Positions 25,950 to 40,033 are shown, counted from the stretch's first letter. The stretch is DNA of 64,000 nucleotides from Octopus sinensis (GCF_006345805.1 NC_043003.1:60698001-60762000), one strand, 5' to 3'. Translations and numbers: made by a program. The notes: generated by a model not told the origin, from the letters alone.

Positions 25950-26860
25950 CCACTCCGCTCTCGCTACCTCCATCCACTACAAACACACTAACTCACACAC
26001 CTACCTTAACTTCTTCTCATCCCGCCCTACTCCCAACAAGCTCTCCATCTCCTCCGTCTGCGAAGATTCTGCAGTGACAACCATGACTTTGCGACTCAGT
26101 CACAACTCATAGCTCGCCACTTCATCCTACCTAGATATCCCCTCACCTCTATCCACACTGCTCTTGCCAGAGCAGTGTGGACCGTACCTCTGCTATTTTT
26201 CCTCGCACCCGCCCCACCGTTTCCCGTCTCCAATATCCCCCCTCACCTTTCACACCTCCACACAGCCCCTCCAACGCACCATCCTCCGAGCCTTCCAGCA
26301 ACTCCAGCCCGACCCCTCCACTTCGCACATATTCCTCAACTTGCATTAACACACGAAACATACATAGATAAAGATAAGATTCGCCCACATACATACACCA
26401 TACACATGCACATGTGCATACATCACATGAAAAAGCACATATCAACTGATACACACAGCACACACGCACACACACACACTCACACACGTCAGAGTCACTC
26501 GCCCCTATTCCACACACACACACACACACATATTATTCTCACATACACACACGCACGCACACCTCTTGCTGGGATCACTAGCCCTATCATTAGCTCCTCC
26601 CAATTCAACATATTTTTTATTATCTCCCTTCCTTTCAAACTCTTTTTTTCCCAAGCATCTGCCATGTTGGACCACTAAACTCTACACGTTATATTGCATT
26701 CTCTCTGTGTGTTTGTTTCCTCTTATTCCTTTGTGTTTAAGAGCCTAGGCGCGAAAAGTAAAAGACTTCTTCATTTTCCCGAGCGTCAAACTAATACACT
26801 TGCTTGTTGTTCATACACCTGTCTTCTTTGTCTTTTGTTTTTCGATAAATTTTGACTATA
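25950..26860 (+). mobile_element. Degenerate Penelope-like element (RT thumb to pseudo-LTR)
   Basis: TSIHYKHTNSHTYLNFFSSRP at ~25965 resembles the PLE motif Y.KPT...YL...S.HP. It ends in the same pLTR tail as 4690/28521/47063. Confidence 0.6.
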
Positions 26861-28575
26861 TGTGTGGTGTGTATGTGTATACGTGCGCGCGATTGTGTGT
26901 GTGTATGTGAGAGAGAGAGTACTCAATATATTGCCTAAGCTTTAATTTTGGCCTGGCTCGGGAGTTGCTTTAGCAGGGCCGAATAAACAAAGACAAAATT
27001 CGATTCTATTTTCAGTAGTACCTGAAGGCGGTTAGCTGTCAGAAACGTTAGCACGCCGGGCGAAATGCTTTGCGGTATTTCGTCTGCCGTTACGTTCTGA
27101 GTTCAAATTCCGCCGAGGTCGACTTTGCCTTTCATCCTTTCGGGGTCGATAAATTAAAGTACCAGTTACGCACTGGGGTCGATGTAATCGACTTAATACC
27201 TATTTCTGTCCTTGTTTGTCCCCTCTATGTTTAGCCCCTTGTGGGTAATAAAGAAATAGGTATTTCGTTCTGAGTTCAAATTCCGCCGAGATCGACTTTG
27301 CTTTTCATCCTTTCCGGGTCGATAAATTAAGTAGCAGTTGCGTACTGGGATCGATCTAATCGACTGGCCTCCTCTCCAAAACCTTCGGGCGTTGTGCCTA
27401 GAGTAGAAAAGCATTTTCAGTAGTGTCTTCTTTCCCCACAAGATGTTTGCCGTTCTTCATTCTCTAGCAACCCCGGTTCACATACATACGCACACTTATA
27501 CACACATAGAGATCTATATATATACTTTAATCAATTCACAGTACGCAAATGTTTGCTTTTATTCTAGTTGAAATCTAAGGTATACTTTTATTTCATAAAT
27601 ATGCAATTCAATTAAGTAAACGCCTACTCCATTGGGAAAATTAGATTAACTAGTTAAACTATATCCTAGCTTGCATACACTATAAATCAACTAATCTGTC
27701 TTTCGAGACAACATGAATATTTATTCTCCGATGAATTCTAACAAATCTAGAAAATACTAAGATGAAAATTCTAATTGTTCTAACTGCTAGAAAATAAAAC
27801 CTTTAATGTATCTAGTGTATTTTCTTTTATCCACGAGGCTAAAATCGTGTTTCTAAAACAAGAATTGATAAAACTGTGATAAAATTCTACCGAGATCGAT
27901 TTGCTTTTCAACATAACGAGGTCGATAAAATAAGTACCCGTTGAGCATTTGTGCTGAAATTTTAAACCAATGTTTTGGGTGACAGAAAGACGGTGAGCTG
28001 ACAAAATCGTTAGTCGCCGGGCAAAATACTTAGCGGCATTTTGTCCATCTTCACTCTGAGTTCAAGTTCTGCCAAGGTCGACTTTGTCTTTCCTCCCTTT
28101 CGGGGTTGATAAAATATGTACCAGTTGAGTACTGGGGTCGATGTAATCGACTTGCCCCTCCTGCGAAATTGCTAGCCTTATGCCAAAATATGAAACCAAT
28201 ATTTTAGGCGATGGACTTACACAGCTTTTTTTTCTCCCAATGAGAATATCAGGATTTACTGCACAGGTACATCAAGGCATGTGCTAGTTCATACATCTAT
28301 AACACCAACTCAGCATTGGGACTTCTTTGTATAATATGCATTGTTAGCGATTATCCGAAACGGCAGTAAAGAAAAAAACTTAAATGCATTGTGTACGGTG
28401 TATTCGCAACTTCTCATATGAATACATTCCTTTTGTTAGCTATCGTTTGCCTGTCTTTTCTGCTGATCGCCATGATAGATCGCTAGCCACTACACATTCT
28501 TTATTTTCTCCTTGTTCCTTCCTGTGGAAGAGCGTAGGCTCGAAACGTTATATACACATATATATATATATATAT

Positions 28576-28608
<33 letters not shown>

Positions 28609-29021
28609 TATTATATATATATATAATATATATATATATAATATATATGTATGTATGTATGGATATATATATATATATATATATATATGAATGTTTGTAT
28701 GTATGTGTGTGCGCGCGCGTGCGCATGGTTTTGCCTGCATAAGTGCACATAAGTGCGTTAATATACATGTGTACAAATATATTTATATCTGTATGTATGT
28801 ATGCATCTATGTAAGTATGTACGTGAATACATCGGTCATTGACACATTTCTATTTCTACCAAATTACACTCAAGAGGTTCTGACCAATCCGTTGTTAGAT
28901 AGAATCCAAGTTTCCAATATGTTTCCCAGTGAGTTTCAACACGGAAGCACAAATTTGCTAAATGATTCTTCCTATCACCGCCTTACCTGCGCCCATATAA
29001 TATTGATCTTTTTTTCTTTAG

Positions 29022-29169
29022 TGGTTGAAAAAAATATTGTCATCGAAATTGTATTTCGGAGCACAACTAAAAGCCAAGGGATTTATTTCACTAGTAGCAG
29101 GACATTTGTTATACGAGACAACTGGACAGAAAAACCGAAAATGATTATTGCTGTGAATCACGTCATCAG
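29022..29169 (+). CDS. bHLH-PAS-type protein, PAS-B/PAC exon (MVEKNIVIEIVFRSTTKSQGIYFTSSRTFVIRDNWTEKPKMIIAVNHVI)
   Basis: Acceptor ctttttttctttag, donor CAG|GTACTA. 148 bp, phase 1/2. The FR..TK.....F.....W..KP..II.VN.V pattern matches the PAC motif. Confidence 0.9.
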
Positions 29170-29544
29170 GTACTACTTTTGTTTGTTTGTTTTTTCTTTT
29201 TGCTTTTTAGTTCTATGCTGCTGTTGACGTGTTAAACGAAGTAGTCGTCCTATCTACTTCAAAATTGTAATGTGTCTTAAACAACAATACTTAGCTGTAA
29301 AGAGCCATTCATTTTGCTGTACATAAGTGCTATGAATTTCACAGCTCACCACTATACTTTCAACCCAGTGATTTCAAAATTTAGAGAAATCACCACGCAT
29401 TTATGCACACACACACACGCACACACCACACACACACACACACTCACACACTCACACACACACTCACAGACACAAACACCCTCACACATTACACACACAC
29501 GCGATACACATATGTATGCTGATATATACGTATATATGTATGTT

Positions 29545-29600
29545 TATATATGTATGATGATGATGATGATGATAATAATAACAATAATAATAATAATAAC

Positions 29601-29663
<63 letters not shown>

Positions 29664-29721
29664 TATAATAATAATGATAATAACAATAATGATGATGATG
29701 ATGATAATAATAATAATAATA

Positions 29722-29778
<57 letters not shown>

Positions 29779-29820
29779 TAATAATAATAATAATAATAAT
29801 AATATTAATAATGATAATTA
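29545..29820. repeat. Long (AAT)n/(GAT)n microsatellite
   Basis: Directly visible. Confidence 0.95.
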
Positions 29821-30469
29821 AAAAGTGATATATGTTATTATTTAGAACAAACTATAAGTTGTCATTATAGTGTGCGGAGTTTCGAATGTCGGAACGCAGA
29901 GCTACGATGCATTCTCGTAGGCTATTAATGGCAACAGAGGCTATGAAAAACTGCTGAATAAAAGTGAAGTTACGCTAATAGGTAGGGAAAAAAAGAAAAA
30001 AGAAAAAATACACACAACCATATTCTCAAAATACAGAGACATAAACCTCCTGCGTTTATAACGTCTACATACGTACACACTCACACAAACATGTATACGT
30101 ACATGCACCATACACACACAAACATATATGATGTGCTTGTAGGTAGTCATACATACACACTCCCGCATACTCGTATATACTTATATATTTGTACACGCAC
30201 ACACACACACACACAAACACATATATATATGCACATATACTTCCTCCTATAACACTCCTACATTCGCACATATACAAACATATGCATATCCGTATAAATG
30301 AAGAGGATGTGTGAATGAAAGTTACACTTATGCCCCGGACACAGTCTTACACTCACATACATACATATACATATACTCGAATTCGCACACATCCACACAA
30401 TTAAAAAGGAAAAGAGAAAAAATGCAGGAACATCTAGGGGGTCCAAAACCGTAACGGGCATTTTGTCAC

Positions 30470-30760
30470 ATATGGACACATTGCAAAAGGTTCAATTCTT
30501 GAATTTAGACATGTAGTAGAGTCCAAGGAACTTTTCCAGATGAGCCATGTTTCCATATTACAAAGACTGCACTTGCCACTACCGTTGGTATAAGGTTTAC
30601 ATTTGGCTAGGATCTTCCAGTGAATCCTATAGCTGACTCCTTGTTCTTTTAGAAACCATGTATAGTTGGATAATTTGGTAGCTTTTCGTTTATTCTAGTG
30701 TCTGAAGCTTAAGGTGTAATTGTTGAACCTTTCTTTGAAATTTACTTCTGTGAGACTCAC
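30470..30760 (-). mobile_element. Penelope-like GIY-YIG endonuclease C-terminal fragment
   Basis: Minus strand: RIHWKILAKCKPYTNGSGKCSLCNMETWLI, matching the PLE motif W.IL....PY.....C.LC..E...I. Confidence 0.6.
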
Positions 30761-30791
<31 letters not shown>

Positions 30792-31254
30792 TGTATGTAT
30801 GTATGTATGTATGTATGTATGTATGTATGTATGTATGTATGTATGTATGTATGTATGTATGTATGTATGTATGTATGTATGTATGTATGTATGTATGTAT
30901 GTATGTATGCATGTATGTGTATGCATATATATTTTCTTTATTTAAGCGTTCTTGTACAGAAATTGTTTCTTTGAACTGGTAGATGGGGAAAACAGAAATT
31001 TGGTTTGAGATTTCCGGCACATAGAAATGGCAGACATTTAGTCTTGGTTTAGATATCTATCTAGGAGAAAGAAATTCCGAAGTAACACCCACTTCATTGC
31101 GAAACCGGAGATTTTGCTCTTGCTTGTTTCTGAACTTCTTAGCTTTGTAAGTAAGAATCTTAGCAGTGCTTTGCAAGCTATTGTTGACCTTAGATATCAG
31201 CACATTTAGTGTTAATAGCTTGTCATTAACATCTAGGATAAGATAATTTGTCAG

Positions 31255-31770
31255 TGAACATCACATCTATGTACTTTATAAAGAGAATACTCTCCATCAG
31301 GCATTTGCCATATTCTGAACGCCTTACTTCCCTAGGCATGGATACATTGAAACTCCGACGTCTAGCAGCTCACTTGGCAGACACCAATAAAATTATTAAC
31401 CATCTTACAAACAGTAACTTTGAGCACCTTTTCAAACTCCACCTGTTGAACACCCGTTGACAGCTTTACAAAGTCAGAAAACAGCACAGCTCCCATGACT
31501 TTCGGGAACATTTTTTCACGCTAAGAGTTGCTGAAGTATGGAACAAACTGCCGGCATCAGTTGTTAGTTGTCGGAGCGCTGAATCCTTCAAAACTTCCAT
31601 GCTTCCTGAGATTCGCTAACACTACACCTGATTTTCTGCGCTCCATACACACGTAAGCATGTATCTGACTCATACACTGTTCACTTTCCAGACATTTATA
31701 CATTACTGCATATGCTTTATACGCACTTTTGACAAGTTGTGGTGCACCTGAGCACTGTATACAATAATTT

Positions 31771-31819
<49 letters not shown>

Positions 31820-31820
31820 C
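31255..31820 (+). mobile_element. CR1-type LINE 3' end with an (ATT)n tail
   Basis: LPYSERLTSLGMDTLKLRRL...FFTLRVAEVWNKLPASVV is a typical CR1 ORF2 C-terminus. Confidence 0.8.
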
Positions 31821-31849
31821 ATTATTTATGAAAATTTAAATTTTCTTAG

Positions 31850-31964
31850 CGAGAAACAAGGAAAATCCATGCTGATTAATCAAATAAAAGGTTTACAGAG
31901 TACCTTGCCTATGAATACGGAAAATTATCTACAGGAATTATACCAAGTCGGAATTTGTACATAA
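31850..31964 (+). CDS. bHLH-PAS-type protein, post-PAS-B exon (SEKQGKSMLINQIKGLQSTLPMNTENYLQELYQVGICT*); 3' boundary uncertain
   Basis: Acceptor aattttcttag, phase 2 as required. S.E.G..L resembles the helix after PAS-B in Met/AhR. Stop at 31962-31964; possible donors at 31891, 31947 and 31975. Confidence 0.6.
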
Positions 31965-34900
31965 ATATATCAAGGTAAACCATGTGTCCTTGGACATATC
32001 TTTATGCTTACTAGAACACTCATTTCAGATTCTTCATCTTCATTACATAGAGTTGTTATAAGAGATTTGTTGCAATTCTCCACGAGGAAATTGTGTCATT
32101 GCACCGTTATTGAAACTGATCAGCAGATGTGAAGTTGAAGGTGAATTTGATGTGCCATTTTCCCTTTAAATTTATGAACACAGTAAAGGGAATTTGTGTC
32201 GTGGCATTTATACGAGAGAAGGCTTAATCTCAACATACTAACATTGCAAAAATAAAAGATAATAAAGAAAAATACACTTGCTGATTACACAGTGCTTACG
32301 TGTGGCCTAGTCGTTAGTGCATTGCACTCACGGTCGCGTGATCGTTGTTTCGAATCCCAGATCGGGTACTGCGTAGTGTTCTTGATCAAAACACTTCATG
32401 TCGCTTTCCTTTGTGATCACTTCGACATCTGATGTCAGATGCGTCATGCACCAGTACAAGCAATGTCGATTTGATGGAGAAAGTGAGCAAATGTATAGCA
32501 TAAACATTTAACTACAAATCCTCAGTGCAATTTGTCGAACAAGCAATTACAGCGTCCCCATCTGTCGTCTACGCCAGGAGAACATACGACTCACGCTGCA
32601 TGTTTTCTGTAGAGACAGCTTTACTGTAAAATTGAATGGTCGCTACAAGTACAATTAGTATCTCTCCGACTCTCATCTTTTCAGCTACAAAACGTGAAGT
32701 ATCAGTTGATAGAAATAACCAAGTAGATGGGATACTGAACGTTTAGAAAGACGAGAGGTGCGTGTTCATGGCCAACATACTAGGTTCTCAACAGCTTAGC
32801 TTATCTAGCTCCACGTTGATATAATCCAGTTATGTGTTATAATCCAGTTAAGTAAGCAAATATCAGATGTATGACGTCCACAAATATTTCATTTATTCGT
32901 TGTGAAGGATTACTGTTCTGTTAACAACGCATTTCTACATCGAATTATCACAACTACAGCAAAATCAAGTCAACAATGAATGAAATTTTCCATAGATACA
33001 CAAGATTGTGCCTCAGTAACATTGGTTTTAACAACTCAATTCAATAACGTCAAGGGTTTTAAATTATATATACTCTATCAATAACTGATTAATCATAATT
33101 TAAAAAGTAGTGATTAGTCTGATTTTAATTCCTGTCGTGGTTTGCCTTTCATCGTCTGAGGTTCGATAAAATATAGTTGCAGTCAAGTAGTGGGGTCTGT
33201 ATGATAAATTGTATCTTCTCTCATGAATTTCTGGCCTTCAGCCCAAGACAGGGGTAATATTTGTTCTAAAAAAAGAAAGTAAGTACACCCCGTGTCGTAG
33301 GACTCATAGGGCCGGTCACCCAAATTCCATGGAGTATAAATGGCCGAGATCACAGCACTTTCTCTAAACACTTTCTCCGTCGCATTGTTTTATCATTTAG
33401 AGCTGTGTGAGATTGAACAAAGTGAAATGAAGTGTTTTGCTCAAGAACACAATGCACTGTCCGGTCCGGGAACACGAAACCACAATCTTCCGATCGTGAT
33501 TGCAACACTATAACCAGAAAGCCACGCGTCTTCCCTACAGACATGGTACTCCTATCACTATTTGGAAGACAGCAACATAACTTCAACGTAAATCATTAAA
33601 ATACACGATCCACTAATTACATGTAAACAAACAGAGCCAGTGAAATAAACGGTTTTAATAGTTTATTATTATGAAATAATGGTTTCAAATTTTGGCGCCA
33701 GGTCAGCAACTTTAGGGGAGAAGGTAAGTCGATTATATCGACCCCAGTTCGAAACTGGTACGTGTACGATTTTGAAGGGACGAAAGATAAAGTTGAAATC
33801 AGCGGAATTTAAACTTAAAGACGGGAGAAATGTTGCTAAGCTTTTTGTCCAACGTGGTAAAGATTCTGCCAGCTCACAGCCTTATTATAAAATGACCACT
33901 GTTTCTGCTATGGACACAAGGACTGAGATTTTGAGGGGAGGGGCAGTGGATTACATTTGACTCCAGTGCGCGACTGGTACTTATTTCATTGATCCTAAAC
34001 CGGGACGAAAAGCAAAGTCGACTCGTCGGAATTTGAACTCAGATCGTAAATGCCGTTAAACATTTTTGTATGGCGTCGTAACGATTCCGCCAGTTCACCG
34101 CTTTCTTATTATGAAATCATAACAACTTATAACAACCTTCTTTAGTAGATTGACATCCCATCCTTATACACGCGGCCATTCGCCATTTCATGCTGCAAGT
34201 TTAAGAAACATTCATGACTTGTTAATTGTTTCTTGCTTTATTTAGTTTTGTAATTACTATGTCCTGATTCTGAAGTATCACTTAGTTAATTTGTCTGTGT
34301 AATTTCCTGTAATAGACTGTCTAATTTAGAACCTGCCTGCCCAAGTGTTTTGCTGTTTCAAAAGCCTGTTTATAAATATGTTATTAAAATCTTAAGTGAC
34401 TCTGTGGTAACGAATTTGGTTCCCAACCACATGGTTTTAGGTTCAGTCCCACTGCGTGGCACCTTGGGCGAGTGTCTTCTATTATAGCCTCGGACCGACC
34501 AATACCTTGAAAATGGATATAGCTGTGTGCGTGAGTGTGTGTGTATGTGTGTGTGTGTGTGTGGTGTGTGTGTGTGCGTGTGTGTCTTTCTGTCCATTTG
34601 TCCCTCACAACCGTTTGACAACTGGTGTTGGTGTGTTTACGTCCCTGTAACATATCGGTTGGGCAAAAGCGAATGATGGATTAAGTACCAGGCTTCAAAA
34701 AATAAAAATACTGGCGTCGCTTCATTCGACTGAAAATTCTTCAACTAGGCGCTTCAGAATGGCCGCAGTTTAAGGACTGAAAGCAAGTAAAAGATAACAG
34801 TGACAGTCGTGGACCGAGCGGTAGAGAAGGAGAGAGAGAGAAGAAAGAGTGAGTGAGTGAGAAAGACAGAGGGAGAGAGAGATGAGGGAGAGTTACAGTA

Positions 34901-35278
34901 AGTTTGTGGTTGCTAATATTTCAGACGCTGATATTCTAATTTCAGATTCAAATTTCTAACAAGGGAAAGGATCATTATTCAATATATTTGATGCCAATGG
35001 AACTATGAGAATCTCGTATACATTAAGGATATCCTGCTTCAAGCCATTCTTTACCAAAGGCTTGTGAAAACTAAAATTCTTAGATTCGTTATATTTTTTT
35101 AAAAGAAGTAAAATATAAAGATGGGTGAAGCCGTGTGGTAAGTAGCTTGCTTCCCAACTACATGATTCCGGGTTCGATTTCACTGCGTAGCACCTTGAGC
35201 AATTGTCTTCAACTATAGCCTCAGGCCGACCAAAACCTTGGTAGATGGAAACTGAAACAAGCCTGTCGTATATATATG

Positions 35279-35313
<35 letters not shown>

Positions 35314-35322
35314 AATAATATT

Positions 35323-35376
<54 letters not shown>

Positions 35377-36317
35377 GTATGTATGTATGTATATGTATGT
35401 ATATATTTGCGTGTTTGTGTCTGTGTTTGCCCCTCCAGCATTGCTTGTTGACCGATCTTGGTGTATTTACGTCCCCGTAATTTAGCGATTTGGCAACAGA
35501 ACCGATAGAATAAGTACTAGGCTTACAAAGAATAAGTCTAGAGGTCGATTTCTTCGACTAAAAGGTGTGCTCCAGCATGGCCACAGTAAAAATTACTGAA
35601 ACAAAAGTGAAAAAAATGTTAGCAATAAACATCTTTTTAATATTTTCTTCGTTTCAGTCATTGAACTACGACCAAGCTGGGGCACCAGTTGGAAAGGTTT
35701 AGTTTAAAAATAATTTCAACCGTAGTACTTATTTTTAAAAAAATGATACTTATTCTATCAGTCGTTTTCTCTGCTAGAGGGGCATAAACAAACCAACACC
35801 AACTCTCATGAACCAACTGTCATGTAACATACACATTACAGGCTTTCGCACGGTTTCCGTCAACAAAAGTATTAGTTGACATAAAACTAAGACGGAAGAG
35901 ACTTGCACAAGGAGCCGCGCAGCGGAACCGAACCTGAAATCAAAAGTTTGCGAATTGAGCATGTTAACTACGCAGCCACAGCTATGCTTGCACCGATGCT
36001 ACATTAATATAATATGAGAAGTATTTTACCACGGAGACACAGCAGAAACACTTGAGAAAACACATTAAAATTTAAAATGTAATCTAACTGTGTTACATAT
36101 TTATTTCCTGTAGGAAGAAACATGTTTCAATGATTGAACAAAATGTGTTGTACTTGTTTTTGGTCATTTTGGTGCTATTTTTTTACTTTGGTGATGCCAT
36201 TATTCAGTGGAGAATGACAATAGTCAGTCAACAGACAATTGCCATTCTTCAACTTGTTTCTAACTTTGTGCTAATGTTAATACAATATATATATACAATA
36301 TATATATATATATATAT

Positions 36318-36623
36318 ATTTATTATATAGAAGGAGCTTCTACAGGACTAGAACTGTTTCATCAAGAGAAATCTTCAGGAAGCTAGTTAACAAGAATTGT
36401 ATTGGCATTTATACATTTAGGCAGGTTTAAAGGGGTGTTGGTGGGGGACTTTTTGGGGGTAGGCATAGCGCAAAAAATCATACTTGGGGGAGTGGTCAAG
36501 GAGTCAGTGTTAAATTAGATAGGAGAATAAATAAAAAATAAAAAATAAAAAAAAAAAATAAAAAATAAAAAAATATAAAAAAATAAAAATAAAAATAAAA
36601 AATAAAAAATATATATATATATA

Positions 36624-36657
<34 letters not shown>

Positions 36658-37512
36658 AAAGGGGGGAATAGAGTTTAGGTAAATAAGGAGATTCTCACTT
36701 ATACCTCTACACATACACACATATATACACTCACACCATACATATACATATCTACACATACACATATATATGTATACATACACACACTCATGCATATACG
36801 TATACACACATGTATATATACACACACGACCACACATACATATACACACAGAAAAATATATATATACACATACACACACATATACTCACATACACGCATA
36901 CACACACAAATCCATACACACACATGCACACACAGCACACTAGTCCTATATACACATATATACACATACACACATATATATACACCCACAACATACACAT
37001 AATACACATATATATACATACATACACATACATATACACATATATATACATACACATATATATATATATATATACACATATATATACTATGTGTACCCAT
37101 GCATACCTACACATACACACATGTATATATACATATACAATACAGACCCATTCCCTAATTTTAATTTTATTATCTTCGTTTATTACTTTTGTTATCTTTG
37201 GCCGCTTGGTCACAAACATCTTGGCTATGACAGCCAGACCATTTATCCGTCTACTGGAAAACAATTACTCATTCACTCACGCACACTCTTTAGCACGTAC
37301 ACTCACTCATTCGTACACTCATACGCATACACGCACGCACGCGTTATATTCATACATACATACATCTACATACATTCACGTATATACACATACGTACGCG
37401 TACCTACAGATTCATGTCTACACTCTTAGAAGGCTAGTCTATACATATACACCAATAAATATAAATACACACACATACATGTACACCTACATACAAATAC
37501 ATACATGTACAT

Positions 37513-37600
<88 letters not shown>

Positions 37601-38480
37601 ATATATATATAATATATATATATATGTAATGTATGTATTTGTATGTAGGTGTACATGTATGTGTGTGTATTTATATTTATTGGTGTATATGTATAGACTA
37701 GCCTTCTAAGAGTGTAGACATGAATCTGTAGGTACGCGTACGTATGTGTATATACGTGAATGTATGTAGATGTATGTATGTTGAATATAACGCGTGCGTG
37801 CGTGTATGGTATGAGTGTACGAATGAGTGAGTGTACGTGCTAAAGAGTGTGCGTGAGTGAATGAGTAATTGTTTTCCAGTAGACGGATAAATGGTCTGGC
37901 TGTCATAGCCAAGATGTTTGTGACCAAGCGGCCAAAGATAACAAAAGTAATAAACGAAGATAATAAAATTAAAATTAGGGAATGGGTCTGTATTTGTATA
38001 TGTATATATACATGTGTGTATGTGTAGGTATGCATGGGTACACATATGTATATATATGTGTATATATATATATATATATGTGTATGTATATATATGTGTA
38101 TATGTATGTGTATGTATGTATATATATGTGTATGTATGTGTATGTGTGGGTGTATATATATGTGTGTATGTGTATATATGTGTATATAGGGACTAGTGTG
38201 CTGTGTGTGCATGTGTGTGTATGGATTTGTGTGTGTATGCGTGTATGTGAGTATATGTGTGTGTATGTGTATATATATATTTTTCTGTGTGTATATGTAT
38301 GCGTGGTCGTGTGTGTGTATATATACATGTGTGTATACGTGTATGCAAGTGAGTGTGTGTATGTATACATATATGTGTATGTGTAGATATGTATATGTAT
38401 GTGTGAGTGTATATATGTGGTATGTAGAGGTATAAGTGAGAGAATCTCCTTATTTACCTAAAACTCTATTCCCCCCTTTT

Positions 38481-38528
<48 letters not shown>

Positions 38529-38572
38529 ATTTTTTTATTTTTATTTTTATTTTTTTATATTTTTTATTTTTA

Positions 38573-38623
<51 letters not shown>

Positions 38624-38859
38624 ATTTTTTTTTTATTTTTTTATTTATCTCCTATCTAATTTAACACTGACTCCTTGACCACTCCCCCAAGTATGATTTT
38701 TTGCGCTATGCCTACCCCCAAAAAGTCCCCCACCAACACCCCTTTAAACCTGCCTAAATGTATAAATGCCATACAACAATTCTTGTTAACTAGCTTCCTG
38801 AAGATTTCTCTTGAATGAAACAGTTCTAGTCCTGTAGAAGCTCCTTCTATATAATAAAT
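36318..38859. repeat. ~2.5-kb palindrome (arms ~1.2 kb) centred on (TA)n
   Basis: 36318-~37505 is the reverse complement of ~37625-38859. The differences I could see are mostly 1-3 nt indels. Confidence 0.9.
38792..38842 (+). ncRNA. Type I hammerhead-like motif (mirror copy on - at ~36335-36385)
   Basis: AGCUUC-CUGAAGA-UUUCUCUUGAAU-GAAA-CAG(UUCUAGUC)CU-GUA-GAAGCU. 6-bp stem I, intact core and 4-bp stem III; stem II lacks the G10.1-C11.1 pair. Confidence 0.55.
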
Positions 38860-38988
38860 TAATTTTACTCTGCTATGTATTGAGTACCTTATTTACTGTG
38901 GTTAACCCCGAATCAACCCGGACCTACATATATATATGATATATATAAGATATTATATATATATATAATATATATATATATATTATAT

Positions 38989-39037
<49 letters not shown>

Positions 39038-39768
39038 GATATATATATATATATACCTATATATACATATATACATATGTATATATATATATATATATAT
39101 ATTATATAATATATATATATATATATGCATATATATACACTAGCCTAAAAGTTCCCGATAGGGCGGCCTTTAAGCTAGCTCCAATGGAGGACTCTTCATT
39201 AGACCTTGGGCCCATCAATGACACTTCATGTATTGAGTACATATTAAATTTTGCTTTACTTGAACAATATTTTTCATGCAATGAACGATTTTCATCAAAA
39301 CAATGATACAATTTGTCGACTTGGAACTTATTGCAAAGCTGCATGATAAACAACAATACCACTACCACATCTGTCATACACACACGATTCAGACTTCTGA
39401 CGCCCCCACCATCAATTCCTTTGACTTCGCCGAATTACCCTCCACCACAATCATAACTGTCTTTCACATCGCTCACTCTCATGCCTTACCGCCTCGGCTA
39501 CCACCACCACCACTACCATCATCACCGCCGCCTCCGCCTCTATCACAACTACAGCTCATACTATTACTATCACCCCATTACCACCACAAAAAGGCTAAAT
39601 GTGTATTAGTTCAGCATCTTAGTTCAGTGTTCAGTCCCTCTTTCTCTCACATATCCACTCGTTCTCTCACTCTCTCTTATTATTACTCTCACTGCCACCA
39701 TCTTAATAAAAACATCATCAACTCTCCCTAAATTTCTTTGTCTCTATTTCTCTTCGTCTCTTTTTCTT

Positions 39769-39809
<41 letters not shown>

Positions 39810-39979
39810 CTTCGCCACCACCCTCAACGTCTTTGTGCCTACTATTACTCTCACCCCAACATGAGCAATAGCAGTAGTGTCAATGAATAGTATAGTAAGA
39901 CAGAGGGTTCGAAGTGTGACACACTGACACACAGAAATTAGTTTCCGCATTTATGATATTATATTATATTATATTACAT

Positions 39980-40033
<54 letters not shown>

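Noticed and set aside
27568-27579. 12-nt micro-exon-like segment (TTGAAATCTAAG)
   Set aside because: It puts TAA in frame within PAS-B, and such short matches are expected by chance in AT-rich introns.
36113-36330. Acceptor plus a hydrophobic ORF (MIEQNVLYLFLVILVLFF…) as a possible PAS 3' exon or TM protein
   Set aside because: No family resemblance and no clear donor; the hydrophobicity reflects T-richness.
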